IMG/VR virus record: IMGVR_UViG_3300044491_002068
Coordinates: 1-64,000 of that record
Length of the DNA: 64,000 bases
Origin: a virus
Strand: one strand, 5' to 3'
This document shows, piece after piece, positions 55,475-64,000 of this stretch. Below the pieces are notes generated by a model that did not search any database, had not been told where the DNA came from, and saw only the letters and a list, made by a program, of their open reading frames with translations. Made by a program: the position numbers and the translations under genes. Every line of letters starts with the position of its first letter. The first letter of the stretch is position 1.

Positions 55475-57424
55475 TTATCGAATGGGACAACTTCCTGTTG
55501 AACAGTCCGCATCGAATTCGTCGTCTGACATGATAGTTGAACCCGTCAACTTCTCACCAAGAGGAGAAGTAGCATCAATCATAGCAGTATACTCTTCTAA
55601 AGACAACTCGCCCATCGGAGCCTGATCGAAACCATGCTCGCTATGAAGCAGGAACGAAACAGACTTCATCTCACCCCAGTTCTCGGAAAGATACTCACGA
55701 ATCTCATCCAACTCTTCCTTACGGTAGTACACAGTCACTGAAATAGCATTGTCTGCCCAAACCTTCTGCAACAGTCGAACAAGGTCCATCTGTTGAACAG
55801 CGGACATGCTTTCAGCAAGAATAGTGTTCTCTGGGAAAGCACACGGGAACTCAACCACAACAGTCCTATGGTCCTCAGAACCATCGAAGTTCCGCAGGGG
55901 CTCAACATGGAATCCCTTGTTGCGGCAATAATTAACAAGAATATCTCCGGATGCCATACGCATACGCTTAACGAAGTACTGACTGAAGCCCGGATGCACG
56001 CCCGGAGTCACACCCGGAAGCAGGCTCAAAGTACCTGAAGGCTTAATGGTCGTGAGACGAACAGACTCTGGCCAGCCACGCTCTGCAGACCACTCTGCAT
56101 CAAAAGCACGCAAAGACTTGTATGTTTCATCCAACCATTCGATCTTATCCATCGCCTGAGCAACACCAGTGATACCCAAACCCAGACGCATATTTGACGA
56201 AGTGATCCTATCCGAAGCAGGGTCAAGATAAGACAAAGCAGACGTAGCCTTCTGAACCTTATACAGCAACCTAGCAATATCAACCAACTCTTCCTTCGAA
56301 GAAATCATAGGCAAGAAAATCTCTGAAAGGTTACACGACTCACGATTAGCCAACGGAATCTCAGCGCAAGGATTAACGCCAACAATAGACGGATCAGGGC
56401 GCTCCTCGCCCATACGCCCAAACTTGCGAGAGTTGTCAAGGTTGAAGAAACCGTACGGCTCCCCATTCCCCTTATACCCCTCCCAAATAATGTCTGGCAT
56501 ATCCTTCATCTGCTCATTAGAAACAAACACAGTGTTGTTTGACATGGCCCGCTCAATAGGGATATTGCCAAGGTCCCAGCGCTTAGCCATCAAATACTGC
56601 TCGTCGTCCAAACGGCCAACGGCTATCTCTGCGCTACGACGAACATTACCAGCAACAACAATAGAGCCGATAATGTTCATGCAATCCAGAACTTCAACCG
56701 AAGTAAGCGTACGACCAACAGCGCCATCCAGAACGGCGCAAATCTTTTCAATACCAGAAATAAGAATATTCGGGCCAGAAGCAGTACCGCCAAACGTCTT
56801 GATCGGTACACCAGCAGGGCGAATCAGATGAGTGGCATAAGTCATCTTACGAGGGAAGTCATCATCACCAAGATAGCACTCAAAAACCTTACGAATGACA
56901 TTACCCCAACCCTCACGAGTATCTGGAACAATGAAGTCGGAATCGTTAGCATCCTGATTATCTACCCACGCCGCACGAACAACACCCAAACGCTCAGGCT
57001 TATCACACGAGAAGCCAACACCGCCTCCAAGCATTAGGCGCTCAACGGCCCAAGAAAAATCACTGGGCTTCTCTACATCAACAAACCAGCAGTTAACAAG
57101 ACTATCGCCACCAAGACGCTTATTGTTAGGAGTACCCAACTGCCACAACATCCTACCAGCCACAGAACCCTTCAAATTGAAAAGGTAGTCGTACAGCCTG
57201 ATTGCCTCGTCTTCTGACAACTGAGCACCAATCTCCTGTGCACCATTAACCACACGCTGAATAGTTTCATGCCACTCCTCGGTACGAACGATAGTATCAC
57301 CCTCAAATATAGGTCGGGCATAGGTTCGCTTATAAGTCACATACCCTAAGCCACTGAATCCCCACGGGGGCATCTTGTCTTCGTACGAAGCGGCGTATGT
57401 GTCTGAAATGAGGAAATGGCTCAC
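55475..57424 (-). CDS. nrdJ: Class II (adenosylcobalamin-dependent) ribonucleotide reductase, monomeric RTPR-like
   Basis: YKRTYAR, GRMLW..G, L.NC, GGGVGF, AGNVRRSA, NPCAEI, ESCNL.E, TTIKPSGT, QAP, C-terminal CSTGSCPIR. Confidence 0.93.
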   Translation of the reverse strand: MSHFLISDTYAASYEDKMPPWGFSGLGYVTYKRTYARPIFEGDTIVRTEEWHETIQRVVNGAQEIGAQLSEDEAIRLYDYLFNLKGSVAGRMLWQLGTPNNKRLGGDSLVNCWFVDVEKPSDFSWAVERLMLGGGVGFSCDKPERLGVVRAAWVDNQDANDSDFIVPDTREGWGNVIRKVFECYLGDDDFPRKMTYATHLIRPAGVPIKTFGGTASGPNILISGIEKICAVLDGAVGRTLTSVEVLDCMNIIGSIVVAGNVRRSAEIAVGRLDDEQYLMAKRWDLGNIPIERAMSNNTVFVSNEQMKDMPDIIWEGYKGNGEPYGFFNLDNSRKFGRMGEERPDPSIVGVNPCAEIPLANRESCNLSEIFLPMISSKEELVDIARLLYKVQKATSALSYLDPASDRITSSNMRLGLGITGVAQAMDKIEWLDETYKSLRAFDAEWSAERGWPESVRLTTIKPSGTLSLLPGVTPGVHPGFSQYFVKRMRMASGDILVNYCRNKGFHVEPLRNFDGSEDHRTVVVEFPCAFPENTILAESMSAVQQMDLVRLLQKVWADNAISVTVYYRKEELDEIREYLSENWGEMKSVSFLLHSEHGFDQAPMGELSLEEYTAMIDATSPLGEKLTGSTIMSDDEFDADCSTGSCPIR

Positions 57425-57577
57425 TGAAAATTCTCCTTGTATAAAGTGTGTGTGTACTATTAAAAATGGTGGTTTTAGTATTCTAACCGGTGGGACAAAA
57501 TGAAAAGCGTCAAGTTGTCGTGAGACTCAAACAAATTTGAGTTCTCATCATACCACAGTCCTAGATGTCTGTCAAAA

Positions 57578-58303
57578 TCAGAGTTCTGCTAACTTCCTAG
57601 CCAACTCAGTCTCGCCACAGAACAACAAAAAAAGTCCAGCAGGCTGTTTGTTTATCGAAACAACTGCTTTTTCACGTTTGCTGATGTTCACGGAGAACAA
57701 ACCAGCCGCAGACAACTTCCGGATAGAGTCAACAAAACTTAAAGTAGAATCAATCTCTAAACCGTGTGTCTTTGCTTTTTTCATTAGGAGGCTTATACTA
57801 CCAGACAACTTACCTTCAGTCAACAGGGAATATAGCAACACCGTCGCAAACGCTTCCCAACTACCAAAAAGTGACAAAGATGGTCTAGTTGAAATGTTGG
57901 ATAGCAGGGAATCGCTCCTAGACGACAGGCACACCGCTGCTTCCAAAGCATAGTCAAACTCATCGTGGATAGCAAAAAATAATACGGCATTGTCACGCAC
58001 CTCCACCATGCTCAACACTTGATTCTCAAAAACACAATCAATCAAGCAGAATTCACTCGCAACGGAAACTACAGTCTCAGCCTGATCAAAAGAATACGTC
58101 TCAGTCCCAGAATTAACTATGGAGTGAAAAACTAAAGCAAGGTCAAGGGTTTGGTCGTGTACCACACCTTGCTCATGAACAATAAACTTTAAAAGATTAG
58201 ATATGCCAAAAATTAAATCGTCATCAATAGAGTCCAGTACCTCTACATCGTCATTTGTCCACGTAGGTATAGGGAAATCTGTGTCGTCTTCAAATATGGG
58301 CAT
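57578..58303 (-). CDS. Hypothetical protein
   Basis: 241-aa ORF preceded by TGCTATACT-5 nt-ATG. Confidence 0.7.
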   Translation of the reverse strand: MPIFEDDTDFPIPTWTNDDVEVLDSIDDDLIFGISNLLKFIVHEQGVVHDQTLDLALVFHSIVNSGTETYSFDQAETVVSVASEFCLIDCVFENQVLSMVEVRDNAVLFFAIHDEFDYALEAAVCLSSRSDSLLSNISTRPSLSLFGSWEAFATVLLYSLLTEGKLSGSISLLMKKAKTHGLEIDSTLSFVDSIRKLSAAGLFSVNISKREKAVVSINKQPAGLFLLFCGETELARKLAEL

Positions 58304-58316
58304 ACCCTAGTATAGC

Positions 58317-58344
58317 AAAAGCCCCCCAGCCGAAGCCGGGGGGC
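58317..58344 (-). terminator. Intrinsic terminator after major capsid gene
   Basis: GCCCCCCGGC-TTCG-GCTGGGGGGC-TTTT (UUCG tetraloop). Confidence 0.88.
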
Positions 58345-58378
58345 CCTTGAACTAATTACTGTTTTTAATTACAGATTA

Positions 58379-59665
58379 TCAGGACGGCTCAGCGTCAAAG
58401 TCAACATAAACGAATGACTCTGGGCGCTTCACAGCGAGAGCAAGACGCTCTTCAGCAAGCACCACGATGGCGTTGCGAGTGAAGAAGTCCTCATGATTCT
58501 CTGAAATACGGATAGATGCAGCCTCACGGTCATACAACTGAGCACCGGTACCGAACGCACCAACGAGAGCCTTGCCCTCGGTCATGGCCGGAGTGTCGAT
58601 GACAGGAATACGCCAGACACGTGACTCAGCGCCACCAGCAACTGACATGGCAAGCAGGTAAGTACCCTGCGAGTTCTTCGTCAGTTCGATGTCTTCCCAG
58701 TCTGACGGGTGGACGATGATGCCGGTCGGCTCGTAGTAGGCGAGGTACGCCAGAGTAGCCGCACGACGGAGAGCATCCGCCTTTGTGTCAGCAACAGGCG
58801 AAGTTGCACCTGTTGACCATGCGTACGTCTGGATTCCAGACGTAACCGTGATACCAGTAAGGTCCTCGCCGGTACCAGTACCGTTGAGAATCTGAGCATC
58901 CTCAGTCAGACGCAGACCGTAAAGCAGTTCGTTGTCGATGATCGACCGCAACTGCGGCTCATCAGCAAGAACGTTACGGTGAGCGGCTTCCCAGTGAGCG
59001 ATGGTCCGAACTGGAGCCTGCTCACCCGTGAAGGTCATTGATGACTGTGGCTTCTGACCGAAGGCGCTACCTGAATACTCAGGAACCACCGAAGCGGCGT
59101 TTGTAAAGCCAGTCTGACGGAAGTACTCAATGACAGCAGCATTCGTGGTACGTGCCGGGAAAAGGTCACGAACACGGCTACGACGCTGTGCAATTGGGAC
59201 AATACCGTCACGCTCAACACCACCAAAAGCAGAAGGTGTGCCTGAAGGAAGACCTGAATAGATGTCCTTCGTGTGAAGTGACTTCGCCTCGAAAGGAGCA
59301 GTCATGTTCACGCCAGCCTTACCACCCTGAAGTGACTTGAACTCGTTTGAGTTGAGGAATGCCTCACCGACTGAACGGCTACGGGCAACTTCACGCTCAA
59401 CACCTGCAGCAACTTCTGCTGCAACTGACTTGTACTCGGCCTCTGAGGACCAAGCCGACACGTCACGAAGTGTGGTCATGTCATCAATAAGACCCTTGAT
59501 TTCACGAATCTGGGTCATGTTATTCTGGAATGCTGACTTCTTCTCGTCATCAGCGATGAGGGTTGTGCCCTCAAACTGCATCGAATCAGCGATCTGCTGC
59601 TGCTCTGACATCTTCGAAGTCAGAGCGGTCTTCAGTTCGTTGAGCCGACTCTCATCAAAACTCAT
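58379..59665 (-). CDS. Major capsid protein, HK97 fold
   Basis: N-terminal coiled-coil delta domain; VRTIAHW, EDAQILNGTG.G..L.GI, V.HP.DW..I, F.RN...VLAEERL.LAV.RP..F. Confidence 0.95.
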   Translation of the reverse strand: MSFDESRLNELKTALTSKMSEQQQIADSMQFEGTTLIADDEKKSAFQNNMTQIREIKGLIDDMTTLRDVSAWSSEAEYKSVAAEVAAGVEREVARSRSVGEAFLNSNEFKSLQGGKAGVNMTAPFEAKSLHTKDIYSGLPSGTPSAFGGVERDGIVPIAQRRSRVRDLFPARTTNAAVIEYFRQTGFTNAASVVPEYSGSAFGQKPQSSMTFTGEQAPVRTIAHWEAAHRNVLADEPQLRSIIDNELLYGLRLTEDAQILNGTGTGEDLTGITVTSGIQTYAWSTGATSPVADTKADALRRAATLAYLAYYEPTGIIVHPSDWEDIELTKNSQGTYLLAMSVAGGAESRVWRIPVIDTPAMTEGKALVGAFGTGAQLYDREAASIRISENHEDFFTRNAIVVLAEERLALAVKRPESFVYVDFDAEPS

Positions 59666-59856
59666 GTTCAGTCTCCTTAAAGTTTGAGTTTAACATGTTT
59701 ACTGTTTAATGACAGGCGACCCAACGAAATTGTTGAACACCAGTCAAGTATTATGCTAGCACCTGCGTAAAGACAATCACGGAAACTTTTGCAATAATCT
59801 ATTGAAGGGCTAACAATTTATAGTCTACTGTATATACCTAGGATAGATCAAGTAGT

Positions 59857-61371
59857 CTACTTGCGAGTACTGCGAGGATGCTTCTTGGGGAGAAGATCAT
59901 TGTCCGTAGTGTACTTTGGATTAGCAGGCTTACCGCTAGACGTTAGTTTCAAGAACGCATTGACACGCCCCATCGCCCACTGTTGCCTATTCATTTTAGG
60001 TCTATGCGTCTGAGAGAAAGCCCCTGCACCACGGCGCCACACTGCTTTAAGCATCCCTAAAGTCACCTTGCGTTCCTCTTTACCACGCTTAACCATTCGC
60101 TCATTATGCTCTGTAACCTTGCCCTTTAGCGCATTCTCAACAGCATCAGATAGCGCTATGCCCCCACGTGTGCTTGCAGCCGAACCCGGCTTATTCTTAT
60201 CTGACCCACGTACACGCTCTGAAGGCTTAGCAGGTGTTTTAGGGTCATTAGGACCATACGCCTTTGCTGATTTCTCTCGCTTCTTCCAAGACTCTGGAAT
60301 AATATCAAGCCGACCAAGAGCACGAGCACGCTTCAAAATATGTCGCTTAGCGGCATCAGGGTCCTTCCCTAACCCAAACGCCTGAATCGCATTACGCAAA
60401 TCCCCAACATCACGAATAGGGTACGACCCATCAGGAAGTGCCCATCCACGCTTAGCATACTCGTCTCGGCGGCGGTCCGTATAGACACGCTTCTCTTCTA
60501 TAGAATCGAACGACTTTGAAGTCCCCTCCACCCTAGCAACAATATCCTTAGACCACGTATATCCAGCGTCACCGCCCCACAACGCCCAAGCAATTCGACC
60601 ATTGGACGGGAAACCTTTCTCACCCGGACGATAGCCTTCAGCCTTGGAATCACTTTGGTGCCTATCAAAAAACGCTTTCATACGTTTTACCGTTCGATAA
60701 GGAAGGTCTTTGCCATTCTTTATATCACGAGCACGAGCAATACCTACCATTGTCCCACCACGACCAAACTCTTTACGCCACTTAAGGGCACGCTCTGCCT
60801 CATCCACCATACCTGACGTGGGTTTAAAAGAATCGCTTGCTGCAGCCTTGGCGGAAACTAAACCACCGCCCGGAAGAGTCTCAATGCCACGAGGGCCACG
60901 CTCACGCAAATTTTCCCAAGTCTGACTATCCGTAACAACACGACGGGCGGGGCGAGCGGCACGAATAATACGGGAATTCCTACGGCCACCAGAGTTCCCG
61001 TGCGCCGCATTATGTTCCTCTGGAGTCCCACACGGAGCCCATACACCTTGACGTGGCTGGTGAGCGCCAACACACCCTAAACGAACAGCAGCCATCTCAG
61101 CCTCCGCACGAGTAGAGAACATGGCTTTATCCTTAACAGCCTTTAAATTAAAGAACTCTTCAACAACCTTCTTGCCCCGCTGCTTTTTCTTCCACTCCCT
61201 AAAAGCAGGATTACCTAATTCAATTAATTTTTGTAAGTCACGAGAAGACTCGCACGGACCCCAAGCGTCCTCGCTGACACGATGCGCCCCAGAACACCCC
61301 AATATTTCAGAAAGTTGCTCAGCAAGTTCCTTAGTTGGTACGGTCTGTTCTAAAATAGGGTCCTTTGCCAT
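59857..61371 (-). CDS. Basic multi-domain head-region protein
   Basis: Two LGC.GAH...W.PC repeats, GRGGT.VG.ARAR...RIAWALWGGDAG domain, ALPDGSYPI...L.NAI domain, V.RRG.GA...QWA.GRVN.F domain. Confidence 0.75.
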   Translation of the reverse strand: MAKDPILEQTVPTKELAEQLSEILGCSGAHRVSEDAWGPCESSRDLQKLIELGNPAFREWKKKQRGKKVVEEFFNLKAVKDKAMFSTRAEAEMAAVRLGCVGAHQPRQGVWAPCGTPEEHNAAHGNSGGRRNSRIIRAARPARRVVTDSQTWENLRERGPRGIETLPGGGLVSAKAAASDSFKPTSGMVDEAERALKWRKEFGRGGTMVGIARARDIKNGKDLPYRTVKRMKAFFDRHQSDSKAEGYRPGEKGFPSNGRIAWALWGGDAGYTWSKDIVARVEGTSKSFDSIEEKRVYTDRRRDEYAKRGWALPDGSYPIRDVGDLRNAIQAFGLGKDPDAAKRHILKRARALGRLDIIPESWKKREKSAKAYGPNDPKTPAKPSERVRGSDKNKPGSAASTRGGIALSDAVENALKGKVTEHNERMVKRGKEERKVTLGMLKAVWRRGAGAFSQTHRPKMNRQQWAMGRVNAFLKLTSSGKPANPKYTTDNDLLPKKHPRSTRK

Positions 61372-61922
61372 TACAACCCTCCAACTACTTTCAAAATTTG
61401 AGTAATAGCGGTAGTATCTTTCGTGGTTTCAGCAGACTTCAACAACGCATAAACTGCTTTAATGTCATCAACATAGGAGTCCGGTATATCGTCAGGGTCA
61501 ACGTCTGGATTAGTTTCTAAGTCTTCACGTAAATCTGTGAACGCCTGAATAAGCCTACTTATCTGAGCAAACGAAACCAAGCCCGGATTAGCCGTGGGAA
61601 ACATAGTGATATATGTTTGCAAATCTGCTTCAGATAAAGAATCAATATGCTTTTCCATCTTTTCCGACTCAGCATTATACTCTTTAATATCAGTTAACAT
61701 AGAGTCATACTGATCTTCAGAAATCTCGGAAGCGTCAGGAAAAAAATGAAGAAGACGCTCGTCAGTGTAAATAGGGACATCGAAATCCCTCAACAACTCA
61801 AATTGCTCTACAATCTCTCGTGCCTCGTCTTCCCAACCACTGCGAGCAGTGAACTCTGCGGTTCTTTCATCAGACAACTTCAAAATAATAGCAGACTTTC
61901 CTTTTAGCAGAAAATATTTCAT
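61371..61922 (-). CDS. Hypothetical acidic protein
   Basis: 183 aa, coupled to both neighbours. Confidence 0.7.
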   Translation of the reverse strand: MKYFLLKGKSAIILKLSDERTAEFTARSGWEDEAREIVEQFELLRDFDVPIYTDERLLHFFPDASEISEDQYDSMLTDIKEYNAESEKMEKHIDSLSEADLQTYITMFPTANPGLVSFAQISRLIQAFTDLREDLETNPDVDPDDIPDSYVDDIKAVYALLKSAETTKDTTAITQILKVVGGL

Positions 61923-62122
61923 GACTTGTCCTCACGCATGATGTCCCAATATGAGTATCCGGAACGAACCAACTCTTCGATGGTTTTTGGAGATAGGATG
62001 GCAATCTCGCTAAGAAAATGTGCCTGATCTGCAGGTCGTAAGAAATCGGCTGTCGCTACACCGTCAACAAACGATACTGTTCCCCGCTTTTTGTTGTTTA
62101 AGTAAAATGTATATTTTTCCAT
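61919..62122 (-). CDS. Small hypothetical protein
   Basis: 67 aa directly after the kinase-domain gene, ATGA-coupled to the next gene. Confidence 0.65.
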   Translation of the reverse strand: MEKYTFYLNNKKRGTVSFVDGVATADFLRPADQAHFLSEIAILSPKTIEELVRSGYSYWDIMREDKS

Positions 62123-62134
62123 AATAACCCTACT

Positions 62135-64000
62135 CTACCGTCTCCTGAGAATCATTGCAAGAACATCGTCAGTGCTAGCATTGAGTAACCACTCATAATT
62201 TTGATTTACTCTTCCAGCACCAACACTGAACGTTGCGGTTGGCTGATGATTATCGAGACCACCTACAACCCCTTGTACATCATCATTGAAACTTCCTAAG
62301 TTTCGGTGGTTTTCACGCAAAGTTTCAAGAGCAGCCTCAACTTCACGGCGAACTCTTTGTCGGGATGCCGCACTGCGTGCTGCAGTTAGTCTAAGACCCG
62401 CAAGGAGATTATTTCGGGATGAACTCTCTGTCACCCATGCACGCATTCTTTCGGCTGGATCGTCCGCTACATTAGCGACACTGCCCCCGAACTTGCCCCC
62501 ATTGAGACCGAAACCGTTATCAATCGGTACAAGCGCCCATGGCGAATTATCGTTTCTCCGAGAAAACAAGAAGTTGTTTCTATGCCTATCAGTGTTTCCA
62601 GAAACCATGTCAAGTAGGGTTAAGCGAACATGATCCCTAACAGAACCCGTATTAAGAGGAACGTCTACCGCCTGCTCAACCTGACCACCATGGTAGTTCT
62701 GAGCCAAATCTACAACAATTGTCGGAGTTTGTGTTCCCCTATTATTAGCCCGAGCAGCAGGACCGTCAAACCTGATTTGCCCCTGAGCAAAACCGAATCT
62801 TTCTCCTAAAGCAGCACCCAACGCCTCATTATATGCCTCATCAGGAACAGCACCTCTACCACCGGAATATTTAACTCCAAAGAATTGACCAGTGTCACGA
62901 TCACGGTATCGGTCCATACCATTAATTCCACCACCCTGCGCAATAATCTCAAACCTTTTGTCAGGTCCTCCCGCATTTTGTTCAATTGCATCACGCAAGA
63001 ACAAGTCAGGAACGTCGGCTAAATTGCCGCCTCCGGGGGCCATGAACTGCACGGCATCATCTTTAGTGTTTATGTTCTTGTTACCAATCTCAACCTGAGT
63101 GGTAATTAGTGCACGATTGTTATTATCTCCACGCCCAAGGAACCTACGATAACCCCTTCGAACTGCCTGAACACGCTTAACTACGTTTCTACGAACGGGA
63201 GCACCGGGAGCATCGGGAGCATCGGGAGCACCGGGGACATCGGGAGCATCGGGAGCACCGACAGGCTTGGGAGCAGACAACCCAGAAATATCAAGTCTTG
63301 CATCTCCGAGTGTCTCACCGATGGACAGGAAAACCCCTTCAGCCGGAGTAATTTGCAAGTCGTTCATTTCTAAATCAGGAATTCCGGCGTCATTCACTTC
63401 GGTCTTGAGCACGTCAAAATTTCTACTCGCCTCCTCGGAACTTAACCCCTTATTCCACGCAGCCCCTTGTATCCAGTTGTAAGCCGGAGTATTTCTACCC
63501 TTTGACCCGTCAGCAGAAGTAGGTAGCAACCCATTAAGGAAATCAAAATGGCCCGGAACATTATCATAGTCGTCGTTGGCTATACCAACTTTTCCGCTCT
63601 CAACCAAAGCACGCAAACGATTACCACTATCCTTATCGCCTACTACTAAACGAGCGGAAATCTGGAGTTTGGTGGGCTTGACCCCATTCGCTAAACTCTC
63701 GTAGTACTTGTCGTACTCTGTTAGGAGCCGTTGCGCACCATTATTTATGCCCTGTAAGTTACGAGGCTCTACCGCCCTAAATCCTTGTGCAGCCCATGCC
63801 GCTTTTCCTACATCAGCAGGACTAGTCTTAACATTATCTATACCGATGCCCCTGTAAAACAGGAAAGCATTACTGTTAAACTCACTAGCAAAGCCTCCAC
63901 CAACACTGAAGCCAACCATATTTTCGTCAGGCGCACCTCGTTGTGGGCCAAACCTGCCAGTATTAGGGTCGAAGACGGTCTTAGTCCCCAACGTAGCGTG
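62135..64000 (-). CDS. Large protein (probably 5' truncated) with C-terminal HipA/PI3-PI4-kinase-like domain
   Basis: Frame stays open to the window edge; GGG.NG, FGVKY, NEAL, LLD....NTDRHRNNFL, LVPIDNG. Confidence 0.75.
   Translation of the reverse strand, partial: HATLGTKTVFDPNTGRFGPQRGAPDENMVGFSVGGGFASEFNSNAFLFYRGIGIDNVKTSPADVGKAAWAAQGFRAVEPRNLQGINNGAQRLLTEYDKYYESLANGVKPTKLQISARLVVGDKDSGNRLRALVESGKVGIANDDYDNVPGHFDFLNGLLPTSADGSKGRNTPAYNWIQGAAWNKGLSSEEASRNFDVLKTEVNDAGIPDLEMNDLQITPAEGVFLSIGETLGDARLDISGLSAPKPVGAPDAPDVPGAPDAPDAPGAPVRRNVVKRVQAVRRGYRRFLGRGDNNNRALITTQVEIGNKNINTKDDAVQFMAPGGGNLADVPDLFLRDAIEQNAGGPDKRFEIIAQGGGINGMDRYRDRDTGQFFGVKYSGGRGAVPDEAYNEALGAALGERFGFAQGQIRFDGPAARANNRGTQTPTIVVDLAQNYHGGQVEQAVDVPLNTGSVRDHVRLTLLDMVSGNTDRHRNNFLFSRRNDNSPWALVPIDNGFGLNGGKFGGSVANVADDPAERMRAWVTESSSRNNLLAGLRLTAARSAASRQRVRREVEAALETLRENHRNLGSFNDDVQGVVGGLDNHQPTATFSVGAGRVNQNYEWLLNASTDDVLAMILRRR
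63197..63259 (-). repeat. 9-nt period coding repeat (GAP/DAP/DVP linker)
   Basis: Encodes GAPDAPDVPGAPDAPDAPGAP. Confidence 0.85.

Noticed and set aside
31067-57424. Inteins or introns in polA, nrdJ or tail genes
   Set aside because: Genes are contiguous and of ordinary length with motifs in order; no splicing motifs seen.
59666-59856. Riboswitch in the capsid gene leader
   Set aside because: Only one imperfect hairpin (about 59709-59745) is evident and no known aptamer consensus was recognised.
1-64000. Stop-codon reassignment, diversity-generating retroelement, integrase/att site
   Set aside because: Standard code gives full-length, densely packed genes ending in all three stops; no reverse transcriptase, template/variable repeat pair or recombinase seen in this window.

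Overview
A 64-kb segment of a large dsDNA tailed bacteriophage with myovirus morphology (HK97-fold major capsid, contractile sheath, tube, tape measure, baseplate J/W/hub/spike and several fibres). Nearly all genes are on the minus strand; no integrase, CRISPR array or reverse transcriptase is seen. Replication and auxiliary genes include a family A DNA polymerase, class II RNR, an IMPDH/GMP-reductase-family enzyme, a full-length sigma70 factor, AhpC, a pyrimidine-dimer glycosylase, tRNA-Leu(UAA) and a free-standing HNH nuclease. Frequent leaderless promoter geometry, a short-arm tRNA-Leu(UAA) and several peptidoglycan hydrolases suggest an actinobacterial host (inference). The standout feature is at 1-12.4 kb. 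The fibre cluster ends in an FN3-like protein carrying 24 tandem PPxF tetrapeptides (mostly PPFF/PPYF). It is followed by about 11 kb of tailoring-type genes: ten 2OG-Fe(II) oxygenases (one truncated by the window edge), a DUF6065-like protein, a glutathione-peroxidase homologue with an altered active site and a methyltransferase-like protein. This looks like a phage-encoded post-translational modification or RiPP-like system, though substrate and product are unproven. Other leads are a non-canonical -1 frameshift in the tail chaperone, two candidate structured RNAs, and ART-like and HipA/PI3K-like kinase domains among the morphogenesis genes. All family assignments are from motif recognition by eye, not database searches.
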